Origin: Bryobacterales bacterium
GTDB lineage: Bacteria; Acidobacteriota; Terriglobia; Bryobacterales; UBA6623
Reading direction: 5' to 3'
DNA length: 64,000 nucleotides
Assembly (NCBI GenBank): GCA_965216215.1
Contig: CBDCFO010000007.1
Span: forward strand, 454,325-518,324
Shown: positions 56,025 through 64,000 of the stretch, in pieces
How the letters are laid out: every line of letters starts with the position of its first letter
Numbering within the stretch: the first letter of the stretch is position 1
Made by a program: the position numbers and the translations under genes
The notes under the pieces: generated by a model
What the model saw: the letters and a program-made list of their open reading frames with translations, nothing else
What the model was told of the DNA's origin: nothing
Database searches by the model: none

Positions 56025-56552
56025 CTAGTGACGGGAATGGTTGACATCGTACACCAGACTGACTGTGCCCGTCTTCTCGTAGACTCTGTGTTCCGTCAGC
56101 GTCAACGCGATTTGCCTAGCCGGTTCGGCGACAAGCGGAATGCCTCTACCGAGCAGTATCGGGATGATCGCTACTTCCACCGTGTCAACGAATCCTTCCT
56201 CGGCAAGACTACGGAACAGGGAGCCTCCGCCGAACAGCCAGATATCCTTTCCCGATTCCTCGCGAAGCGACCGAACCACCTCTTTCCAGTTCTCGCCGAC
56301 GATCGTGACGTGGTTGTAGGCACTCTGGCGCAGCGTTCGCGAGAACACGAATGTCCGGATACCTGGCGACGCGGACCACCCATGCCCACCGGTCACCTCG
56401 AATGTCCGTCGGCCGAGCAGGTACGTGTCGAACTGCTCGGACATTTCCTGGAAGTCGATATCGGGATCGACGGCGATCCAGTCGAACTCGTCGCCGGGCC
56501 CTGCGATGTATCCATCCAGGCTGATGGCGCAGCTGTAGCGAATCTTCCTCAT
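56025..56552 (-). CDS. Dihydrofolate reductase family protein (RibD C-terminal domain type)
   Basis: 175-aa ORF, MRKIRYSCAISLDGYIAGPGDEFDWI...LLGRRTFE...WLFGGGSLFRSL. Confidence 0.8.
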   Translation of the reverse strand: MRKIRYSCAISLDGYIAGPGDEFDWIAVDPDIDFQEMSEQFDTYLLGRRTFEVTGGHGWSASPGIRTFVFSRTLRQSAYNHVTIVGENWKEVVRSLREESGKDIWLFGGGSLFRSLAEEGFVDTVEVAIIPILLGRGIPLVAEPARQIALTLTEHRVYEKTGTVSLVYDVNHSRH

Positions 56553-56741
56553 CGCGAACCCCCTTGTAGACCTACCTGCGCTCGTATCTCGGTGCTACGA
56601 GTTCGGCGATGACCTCGCAGCCCCCCTAGCTGGCCAGGCGGGGTAGGTAACCGCCATGCCGTGTCTCCGCCAGCTTAGGGTAAGGAAGTCTCAGCTGCAA
56701 TCAGGAAGCTGGCAGATGGCGGCGAGCGGATTGGACCGGCA

Positions 56742-58109
56742 CTACTTGCTCGCGAGCCATTCAGCGGTATCGTCAAGGGCCTCGCCGAAACGATCCAACA
56801 CAAGATCGATCTCCGGCTCCTCGATGATGAGGGGTGGCGAGAACGCCATCGAATCGCCGAGTGCCCGCAAGACCAAGCCCCGTGCCATCGCCCTGCTCGC
56901 GCAGTACGGTCCAACTGCGAGTTCGGGTGGAAATGGCTTCCTAGCTACCTTGTCCTCGATGAGTTCGACAGCGGCAAGCAGTCCGACTCCCCGCACTTCG
57001 CCAACGAGCGGGTGATCGGCGAAGCGCGTCCGCAATCCGTCCTGAAGCCTGGGGCCGACCCGCCGCACGTGCTCGACGATGTTACGCTCCTCGTAGATAT
57101 TCAGGCATTCCAGCGCAACGGCAGCGGAAACCGGATGGCCGGTATACGTGAAGCCGTGCGCAAAGATGCCGATTTCCTCGCTGCCCTGGAGCAGGGTCCG
57201 GTAGACTTTCTCGTTGACCATTACGGCGGAAATCGGCGCGTACCCGGAGGAGAGCTGCTTGGCTGTGGTGACAAAGTCCGGACGCATGCCGTAGGTCTGC
57301 GAGCCCCACATATTGCCAGTCCGCCCGAATCCGCAAATCACCTCGTCGGCAGCGAACAGCAGGTCGTACTTGGCAATGACCTCCTGGATCTTTTCAAAAT
57401 AGCCGCGCGGGGGCAGCAAAACGCCGCACGACCCCATCACGGGCTCGGCGATCACAGCAGCGACTGTGGCCGGGCCCTCGTCGATGATGAGCTGCTCGAG
57501 TTCCTCGGCCAGGCGCGAGGAATACGCATCCTCGGACTCACCAGGACGGGCTCCGTGATAGTAGTGGGGCCGTGACGTGTGGATCACGTTTGCGATCGGC
57601 AGGTCGAACTTGCGATGGCTCCGCGCGATGCCGGTCAGGCTTGCCGCCCCGACCGTCGTGCCGTGATAGCCGTCGATGCGTCCAATGATCTTCTTCTTCT
57701 CGTTCCGTCCCAGGACGTTGTTGTAGTACCAGACCATCTTGATGACGGTGTCGGCCGCTTCGGACCCCGAATTCGCGAAGAACACTTTTGACATCGGCAC
57801 CGGCGCCAGCTTCAGCAATCGCTCGGAAAGCTCGATCGCTGGCGAATGGCTGCGCGACGTGAACAAGTGCATGAACGGCAGCGTCTTCATCTGCCGGTAG
57901 GCCGCCTCGGCCAAGCGCTCTTCGCTAAAGCCCAGCGATGCACAAAACAAGCCGGCGGCCGCCTCAATGTAGCCTTTCCCGTCCTCGTCGTAGATCCAGA
58001 CGCCGTCCCCGCGGGTGATGACATGCGGCCCGTTCTCCTGGTGGTGGAACAGGTTCGTGAATGGATGCAGGAGACTCCCGACATCCCGCTCTGCTGTGGA
58101 TGGGACCAT
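56742..58109 (-). CDS. Class III (omega) aminotransferase, PLP-dependent
   Basis: Start at ATG 58109 (MVPSTAERDVGSLLHPFTN). GDGVWIYDEDGKGYIEAAAGLFCASLG, FFANSGSEAADT, and DEVICGFGRTG. The PLP-Lys is probably in TTAKQLSSGY. Confidence 0.85.
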   Translation of the reverse strand: MVPSTAERDVGSLLHPFTNLFHHQENGPHVITRGDGVWIYDEDGKGYIEAAAGLFCASLGFSEERLAEAAYRQMKTLPFMHLFTSRSHSPAIELSERLLKLAPVPMSKVFFANSGSEAADTVIKMVWYYNNVLGRNEKKKIIGRIDGYHGTTVGAASLTGIARSHRKFDLPIANVIHTSRPHYYHGARPGESEDAYSSRLAEELEQLIIDEGPATVAAVIAEPVMGSCGVLLPPRGYFEKIQEVIAKYDLLFAADEVICGFGRTGNMWGSQTYGMRPDFVTTAKQLSSGYAPISAVMVNEKVYRTLLQGSEEIGIFAHGFTYTGHPVSAAVALECLNIYEERNIVEHVRRVGPRLQDGLRTRFADHPLVGEVRGVGLLAAVELIEDKVARKPFPPELAVGPYCASRAMARGLVLRALGDSMAFSPPLIIEEPEIDLVLDRFGEALDDTAEWLASK

Positions 58110-58164
58110 CAGTGTGAGTATATTCCACAGCACCGACGCGCCTCCGCCGCGCAGGCTGTGCGAT

Positions 58165-59001
58165 CTATTTCTGGTATCGTCGGCGGGCGTTGATCCGACT
58201 GAGCGCGTCGAGGACTGCGGGCTTGTCCTCCAAGGCACCCTCGAAGCCCGAAACTCCGCCACCGTGGGCCTCGTACCGGCTCAGTACGGCAAGTGCCTCG
58301 CCGATTTCATGGTCTGACGGCAAGAACGATTCGTTGATGACCTCGACCTGTGCGGGATGGATTGCTGCCTGTCCAGTGAAGCCCAGACGCCTGGCACGGA
58401 CAGCCGCCTCCCGCACTTTAGTCAAGTCGCGGTACTGCATGGAAGGTGAGTCGAACACCTCGCGGCCGGCCGCGCGCGCGACGTTCACGGCATGGCCCCG
58501 AGCGTAGGCTAGCTCGGGCTCTCCCGCGCTGCGGACAATGCCAAGCCACGCCGAGTAGTCTTCGGCTCCAAACATCAGGCCAGCGACCCGAGACGAGCAA
58601 CGTGCAATGGCGTAAGCGTTGTACAGGCCCTTCGGCGATTCGATCATGGCAAAGACCATCACGCTGTCGGGCAGTTCGGACAGCGTCGGCTCGATGTCTT
58701 CGATCGCGTCGCACTTCGGGATCACGACACCATGGGGAGCGCACTCCCGAAGCGCCTCGGCGTCAGCGTCGGCAAACACTCCCGGGGAGGGGTTGCGGCG
58801 CACCAATACATACCTGCCCTGGTCTAGCAGCGAGGGGATCGCATCAATCGTTGCGACACGCGCAGCGTCCTTGCGGTCTTCCGCCACGGCATCTTCCCAA
58901 TCGATGATGAACCCGTCGGCAGGCACCCCTGCCGCCTTGGCAAGCTTCTTGGGGCTATCGCCTGGCACATACAGGATGCTGCGTGGCTTGAACGAGTCCA
59001 T
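58165..59001 (-). CDS. citE: HpcH/HpaI aldolase / CitE-like acyl-CoA lyase
   Basis: MDSFKPRSILYVPGDSPKKLAKA...DGFIIDWEDAVA...MIESPKG...GAEDY: the citrate-lyase beta / malyl-CoA lyase family pattern. Confidence 0.8.
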   Translation of the reverse strand: MDSFKPRSILYVPGDSPKKLAKAAGVPADGFIIDWEDAVAEDRKDAARVATIDAIPSLLDQGRYVLVRRNPSPGVFADADAEALRECAPHGVVIPKCDAIEDIEPTLSELPDSVMVFAMIESPKGLYNAYAIARCSSRVAGLMFGAEDYSAWLGIVRSAGEPELAYARGHAVNVARAAGREVFDSPSMQYRDLTKVREAAVRARRLGFTGQAAIHPAQVEVINESFLPSDHEIGEALAVLSRYEAHGGGVSGFEGALEDKPAVLDALSRINARRRYQK

Positions 59002-59083
59002 CGAACCGGTGCGCTGCTGCATTCATAATGGGCGTCGGGGCACCCACGCAGCAAGCAAGCCAAGCGCCAAGGATCGGGATTTG

Positions 59084-59545
59084 ATGGCATTCGGACGCTA
59101 CTTTGACGAATTCGAGATCGGGCAGGTCTTCCGGCACTGGCCCGGAAGGACCATTTCGGAGGCGGACGACACGTGGTTCTCGCTGCTAACGATGAACCAG
59201 CACCCTCTTCACATCGACGCGAACTACGCTGCGGGCACCCAGCACGGACAGCGACTCGTTGTCGGCCCGTTGGTCTTCAGCATTGTGGTCGGCATGAGCG
59301 TGGCCGACGTTAGCGGGCGCGCGATCGCCAACCTCGACTACAGCGAAGTCAAGCACGTCGGCCCCGTTTTCCATGGCGACACGATCTATGCCGAAAGCCG
59401 AATCGTCAACCTGCGCGAGTCCAGGTCGAAACCAGACCGCGGCCTAGTCTACGTGGAAAGCCGCGGCTTCAACCAGCGCAACGAGACCGTGCTGACGCTG
59501 AAACGGACGGTACTGGTGCCAAAGAGAGCGCAAAGCACCGCATGA
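59084..59545 (+). CDS. MaoC-like (R)-specific enoyl-CoA hydratase/dehydratase (single hot-dog)
   Basis: MAFGRYFDEFEIGQVFRHWPGRTISEADDTWFSLLTMNQHPLHIDANYA... Start at ATG 59084 (the track ORF from 58619 is antisense overlap). 4-nt overlap with the following acyl-CoA dehydrogenase gene. Confidence 0.82.
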   Translation: MAFGRYFDEFEIGQVFRHWPGRTISEADDTWFSLLTMNQHPLHIDANYAAGTQHGQRLVVGPLVFSIVVGMSVADVSGRAIANLDYSEVKHVGPVFHGDTIYAESRIVNLRESRSKPDRGLVYVESRGFNQRNETVLTLKRTVLVPKRAQSTA

Positions 59546-60705
59546 GTTTCTCGCTCACCGCCGAGCAGCAGCAAATCAGGGATGCAGTCCGCGAGGTTTG
59601 CTCGGACTTTCCAGGCGAGTACTGGCGAAAGCTCGACGCGGTCGAAGGCTACCCCACGGAGTTCGTGGACGCGCTGACTGCCGGAGGCTGGCTCGCGGCC
59701 CTGATCCCGTCCGAATACGGGGGAAGCGGCCTAGGGATCCTCGAAGCGAGCCTAATCATGGAGGGAATCAATGCATCGGGCGGGAACGCCGCAGCGTGTC
59801 ACGCCCAGATGTACCTCATGGACGTGCTGACCCGCAGGGGAACGGAGGCGCAGAAAGGGCGGTTCCTGCCGGAGCTTGCAGCCGGACGGCTCAGGCTGCA
59901 GGCATTCGGAGTCACGGAACCGACTACCGGGTCAGACACGACTCAGATCCAGACCCGCGCCGAGAAGCGCGGGAACCGCTACGTGGTGCATGGCCAGAAG
60001 GTGTTCACGTCGAGGGTCATGCATTCGGACCTGATGCTGCTGCTGGTCCGCACCACGCCCGCCGACCAGGTTGAAAAGAAAACCCAGGGGCTCTCGATTC
60101 TGATGGTCGATCTTGCCGATGCCAACGGCCGCGGCATCGAAGTGCGGCCACTGCGAACCATGCTCAACCATCACACCTGCGAGATCTTCCTGGACGGGCT
60201 CGAGGTGCCGGAAAGCAACCTGATCGGCGAGGAGGGCGACGGGTTCCGGGCGCTGCTGGACGGACTCAACGCAGAGCGCATCCTGATCGCGGCCGAATGC
60301 ATGGGCGACGGCTCGTGGTTCATGCGCAAGGCCTGCCAGTACGCGAACGAAAGAGTCGTCTTCGGTCGGCCTATCGGCCAGAACCAAGGCATCCAGTTTC
60401 CGCTCGCCAGGGCGCACGCGCACCTTGAGGCGGCAAATCTGGTGCGATTCCATGCGGCGGAGCTATACGACTCAGGCGCACCCTGCGGTCCTGAAGCGAA
60501 CATGGCCAAGCTGCTGGCTGCCGACGCATCCTGGGAAGCGGCAAACGCCTGCCTGCAGACCCACGGCGGGTTCGGCTTCGCCACAGACTACGATGTCGAG
60601 CGCAAGTTTCGCGAGACGCGCCTCTACCAAGTGGCACCGGTCTCGACCAACTTGATTCTCAGCTATATCGCCGAGAGGGTCCTGGGCCTGCCCCGCTCCT
60701 ACTGA
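59542..60705 (+). CDS. Acyl-CoA dehydrogenase
   Basis: 387-aa ORF, MSFSLTAEQQQIRDAVREVCSDF..., AFGVTEPTTGSDT, and the C-terminal catalytic-base region YDVERKFRETRLYQVAP. Confidence 0.88.
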   Translation: MSFSLTAEQQQIRDAVREVCSDFPGEYWRKLDAVEGYPTEFVDALTAGGWLAALIPSEYGGSGLGILEASLIMEGINASGGNAAACHAQMYLMDVLTRRGTEAQKGRFLPELAAGRLRLQAFGVTEPTTGSDTTQIQTRAEKRGNRYVVHGQKVFTSRVMHSDLMLLLVRTTPADQVEKKTQGLSILMVDLADANGRGIEVRPLRTMLNHHTCEIFLDGLEVPESNLIGEEGDGFRALLDGLNAERILIAAECMGDGSWFMRKACQYANERVVFGRPIGQNQGIQFPLARAHAHLEAANLVRFHAAELYDSGAPCGPEANMAKLLAADASWEAANACLQTHGGFGFATDYDVERKFRETRLYQVAPVSTNLILSYIAERVLGLPRSY

Positions 60706-62426
60706 CCCGTTTCGCCAAAGGCCGCTGCCAATCCGGCCAGTCCCTCGCCTAGGTCGCCCCTAATTTGAACTCGCAAGGCGCGCCGTCCCATGCCGGTGAG
60801 GACGTCAAAATCGCCGAGCGCCTGCGCCGCCTTCACAACCCCGAACGTCAGGTCACGACCAGGAACGGCGAGATCCTGGACGTCCTCGCAACCGATCTGA
60901 ACGAACACTCCGTTGTCAGGCCCCCCCTTGTGCAACTGCCCGGTGGAGTGCAGGAATCGCGGGCCAAACCCGACGCAGGTCGCGTTCCTCCTCGACGCGC
61001 GAACGCCTTCCCGAATGCGCCGAAGCCCGGCAACCGTCTCCGCATCCCTGCGGACAAAGGCCAGTAACCCGATGTAGTCCCCTGCCCCAGCGGTAGCTAC
61101 ATGCGCGCGGACCAAGGATCCGATTTCCGGCGCAGCGTTTCCGTCCAGCAAACGGCGGGCGTGATCGGGCGCTGCAAACAGCTGGAACCGAACATCCTGG
61201 AAGAACGGCTTCTCGGACGGCAGCGAGCCTTCCTGCTCGTAGGCGTCTGTCAGCTTGCGCGCGGCGACCTTCGCGGACTCGACATCGGGCTGATCGAACG
61301 GATCGATTCCCAGCACAGAACCGGCCACGGCGGTGGCCACCTCCCAGCGGAAGAACTCCTGGCCAATGTCGCCAACATCGCGAATGCCGATCCGCACGAC
61401 AGGATGGCCCCGACGGTGGAGGCTCTCCAGTACGGCTTCGGTAGCCGGATCGGCCTCGGAATCCAGTGCGAACGAAACGAAAATGCGGTCATCCCCATAG
61501 TCCTCGGGCGCACCAAGCATCTCGCCTTCGACGGGGACAATGCCCTTTCCGCGCTTGCCAGTGGACTCAGCAACCAACTGTTCGATCCAGGCTCCGAGGG
61601 AAACGACACGCGGGGATGCGACAAACGTCAGCTTGTCCCTGCCGGCCAGCGCAGCGGCCCCGAGAATCAGTCCCAGCCGCAAGCCTGGATTGGCATGGCC
61701 GGCAACGGCGGGGGAGCAGGCCGCTTGCATCGCGTGCGCACTGCCCAGCAGCGCATCCACATCCAGACCCATCGCAGCCGCCGGCACCATTCCGAAGTTC
61801 GAGAGCGCCGAGTACCGGCCTCCGATCGCGGGCACGCCGTACATCACCCTCCCGAATCCGCGAGCCGTCGCGCTCCGATCGAGCTTCGAACCCGGATCGG
61901 TGATGGCCACGAACCGCTCGGCGGCACGCCGGGATCCAACACGACTCGTCAGTCGATCCAGAAAGTACTCAGTGAGCAACGAGGTCTCGAGCGTCGAGCC
62001 GGACTTGCTGGCCGAAAGAAACAGCGACGACTCGATCTGGATCGAATCCTCGCAAGCCTTGACTTGAACCGGGTCGGTCGAATCGACAACCCGTAGATCG
62101 GGGAAGCCCTCGCGCTTGCCGCAGCACAGGCGCAATACCTCCGGGCAAAGGCTGGAACCACCCATCCCGAGCAGGACCGCGTGAGTGTAGCGCCCTTCCA
62201 CCTGGTCGGCGAATTCCCGGAGGCTGGCGCTATCCGCGATCTGCTCTCCTATGATCGTTAGCCAGCCGAGCCAGGCGGACTCTCCGGACGATGTCCAAAG
62301 GGCCTCATCGCGGTCCCACAAGCGCTGCATGCGGCACTGCTCGGTCCAGATGCCGACCAATCGCCTGATGTCGTCGGCCAGAGGATCCGGGAACCACTCC
62401 TCTTGCGTGTTGACCTGTGCAGCCAT
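60699..62426 (-). CDS. pgi: Glucose-6-phosphate isomerase (PGI of the type usually fused to transaldolase; here stand-alone)
   Basis: Start at ATG 62426 (MAAQVNTQEEWF). LLGMGGSSLCPEV, ITDPGSKL, and IGGRYSALSNFGMVPAA. The track ORF to 62642 is over-extended. Confidence 0.8.
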   Translation of the reverse strand: MAAQVNTQEEWFPDPLADDIRRLVGIWTEQCRMQRLWDRDEALWTSSGESAWLGWLTIIGEQIADSASLREFADQVEGRYTHAVLLGMGGSSLCPEVLRLCCGKREGFPDLRVVDSTDPVQVKACEDSIQIESSLFLSASKSGSTLETSLLTEYFLDRLTSRVGSRRAAERFVAITDPGSKLDRSATARGFGRVMYGVPAIGGRYSALSNFGMVPAAAMGLDVDALLGSAHAMQAACSPAVAGHANPGLRLGLILGAAALAGRDKLTFVASPRVVSLGAWIEQLVAESTGKRGKGIVPVEGEMLGAPEDYGDDRIFVSFALDSEADPATEAVLESLHRRGHPVVRIGIRDVGDIGQEFFRWEVATAVAGSVLGIDPFDQPDVESAKVAARKLTDAYEQEGSLPSEKPFFQDVRFQLFAAPDHARRLLDGNAAPEIGSLVRAHVATAGAGDYIGLLAFVRRDAETVAGLRRIREGVRASRRNATCVGFGPRFLHSTGQLHKGGPDNGVFVQIGCEDVQDLAVPGRDLTFGVVKAAQALGDFDVLTGMGRRALRVQIRGDLGEGLAGLAAAFGETGQ

Positions 62427-62752
62427 GCCAGACCTCCGACTCGTGGTGGGTTCGATCCCCTGCGGATCCGTGCGGGCGATCGGTGTACCTACCAAGCCGG
62501 TACCGAACTGCCGGCCGCATTCCCCGGCGCCCGCGCCAAACTCGACACGCAGACTTAGCGAGCGCGAGTCGACTACAAGCCCATCGTAACATCGGGCCGG
62601 GCACCGCCGGACAGCTGCGGATGCGCTTGCGCAGGCAAGCATATTGACCCATCACAAGCATGGCCAGATTCAGGGTTGTGCGGAACGCGAACGCCACGAG
62701 CCGGCAACCGGCTTCGAGCGGGCGGCACAGCAACATACGATAATGGACCAAC

Positions 62753-63730
62753 ATGCTGCGTCATGACTGGGCTCGGGACGAGATCCGGCAGATCCATAAC
62801 CTACCGCTTCCGGAACTCCTTTACAGGGCTCAAACCGCGCACCGCGCGTACCACGATCCGGATGCGGTCCAAGGCTGCGCCCTCCTGAGCATCAAGACGG
62901 GCAACTGCCCGGAAGATTGCGCCTATTGCCCGCAGTCCGCCCACTACAAGACCGATGTCGAGCGAGAGACGCTGCTCAGCGTCGAGGAAACGCTGGACAG
63001 AGCGCGCCAGGCGAGAACCAATGGCGCGACACGGTTCTGCATGGGTGCAGCCTGGCGCGACGCGCCCCAGGGCGCGGAGTTCGACCGAGTCATCGAGATG
63101 GTCCGCGGCGTGCGGGCGCTAGGCATGGAAGCTTGCTGCACGCTGGGCATGCTCAGCCAAGGCCAAGCCGACCGCCTGGCGGAGGCGGGCCTGACGGCCT
63201 ACAACCACAATCTCGACACAAGCCCTGAGTTTTACGGCGAAATCATCACCACCCGCACCTACCAAGAGCGGCTCGACACATTAGCCCGTGTGCGCCGCAG
63301 CGGCGTCACTCTCTGCTGCGGCGGCATCATCGGGATGGGCGAGAGCGTCGAAGACCGCCTGGGGCTGCTGCAGCAACTTGCCGGGCAGAACCCTCATCCC
63401 GAGAGCGTACCGATCAACAGCCTAGTCCGGGTCCCCGGCACTCCGCTCGCGGAAGCACCTGCGGTCAGCGCGCTGGACTTTGCCAGGGTCATCGCGACGG
63501 CCAGGATCCTCATGCCTTCCTCGATCGTGCGCCTGTCCGCTGGCCGACTTGAACTCTCCGAGGAAGGCCAGGCGCTGTGCCTCCTAGCCGGCGCGAACTC
63601 GGTGTTTCTGGGAGAGCGGCTGCTGACCACGCCGAACCCCAAGGAGGACGAGGACGGGCGGCTCCTCGCCAAGATGGGCATGCGGCTCTGCAGCGAGCCC
63701 CTTACCGCTACCCCGGCCCCGCGTCCGTAG
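62753..63730 (+). CDS. bioB: Biotin synthase
   Basis: 325-aa ORF with the radical-SAM motif [23 protein letters not shown], and the second-cluster Cys residues. Confidence 0.93.
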   Translation: MLRHDWARDEIRQIHNLPLPELLYRAQTAHRAYHDPDAVQGCALLSIKTGNCPEDCAYCPQSAHYKTDVERETLLSVEETLDRARQARTNGATRFCMGAAWRDAPQGAEFDRVIEMVRGVRALGMEACCTLGMLSQGQADRLAEAGLTAYNHNLDTSPEFYGEIITTRTYQERLDTLARVRRSGVTLCCGGIIGMGESVEDRLGLLQQLAGQNPHPESVPINSLVRVPGTPLAEAPAVSALDFARVIATARILMPSSIVRLSAGRLELSEEGQALCLLAGANSVFLGERLLTTPNPKEDEDGRLLAKMGMRLCSEPLTATPAPRP

Positions 63731-63779
63731 GTGAGAGGCGGAGGTGCCCTAGCGCAATCCGCTGAGGGCGGCAGCAGCG

Positions 63780-64000
63780 ATGGCGGCATCTGGCAGCGAA
63801 TTGGAAGCCCGCACGCGGGCGCGCTTGAGCGATCTCGAGGACAGGGGCCTGAAACGGTCCCTCGAAGAGCCTTCCGGCATCGACCTGTGCTCAAACGACT
63901 ACTTGGCGTTCGCCCGGCATCCGCGGATCCGCCGGCGGTTCGCGGAGGCCGCCGAAAGGCTCGGGGCAGGTTCCACCGGCTCGCGCCTGTTGCGCGGGCA
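63780..64000 (+). CDS. bioF: 8-amino-7-oxononanoate synthase, N-terminal part (runs off the right edge)
   Basis: Own translation from ATG 63780: MAASGSELEARTRARLSDLEDRGLKRSLEEPSGIDLCSNDYLAFARHPRIRRRFAEAAERLGAGSTGSRLLRG, the typical BioF N-terminus (SNDYLG/A, GSTGSRL). Follows bioB. Confidence 0.8.
   Translation, partial: MAASGSELEARTRARLSDLEDRGLKRSLEEPSGIDLCSNDYLAFARHPRIRRRFAEAAERLGAGSTGSRLLRG

Overview
This is a 64-kb, roughly 64% GC chromosomal segment. Its gene content suggests an Acidobacteriota-like diderm, which is an inference: a CarboxypepD_reg-type TonB receptor, TPR/FG-GAP/ASPIC-UnbV proteins, a DUF6807/PmoA-like protein, and an FtsI with a C-terminal PASTA domain.

**Gene order, left to right:**
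- **2-6171:** the 5' half of the dcw cluster on the minus strand (mraZ-rsmH-ftsL-ftsI-murE-murF'), preceded by a 10-bp-phased GTGGN repeat array that looks like a MraZ operator.
- **6453-12489:** a TIM-barrel isomerase, then a minus-strand run of FGE - pentaheme cytochrome c - dxr - rseP - skp.
- **12864-21739:** an iorAB-like molybdoenzyme pair, amidohydrolases (one decayed and fused to an IS remnant), a parvulin PPIase, a dienelactone hydrolase and a Cys-type sulfatase.
- **22427-25784:** an SLC12-like transporter followed by MscS.
- **26066-29445:** an HKD(PLD)-nuclease/SNF2-helicase gene split by a 1-nt frameshift.
- **29626-35952:** an Sfp-type PPTase, pepP-accB-accC and a TonB-dependent receptor.
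- **35953-38473:** a decayed low-coding patch holding a RAYT-like remnant, an intact Phd/VapC pair and a tRNA-like 3' fragment.
- **38474-53273:** ihf/HU, housekeeping enzymes, a three-gene TPR/FG-GAP - membrane pentaheme/TPR - CRTAC1 operon, and M1 and M48 peptidases.
- **53476-55937:** hipBA with a frameshifted hipA, and a membrane-protein gene broken by tandem stops.
- **56025-64000:** an aminotransferase, a citE/maoC/acyl-CoA dehydrogenase cluster, pgi, and bioB-bioF'.

I found no rRNA, no intact tRNA and no CRISPR array. I found no convincing new multi-gene system.

**Items most worth a second look:**
- the split HKD-SNF2 gene;
- the uncharacterised multiheme/FG-GAP operon;
- the start/stop overlap between the FGE and cytochrome c genes;
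- two long structured 5' leaders, upstream of iorAB and of the SLC12-like transporter;
- the MraZ-type and HipB-type operator repeats.

Many long ORFs in the supplied track are antisense or shadow ORFs typical of high-GC DNA and were not called.
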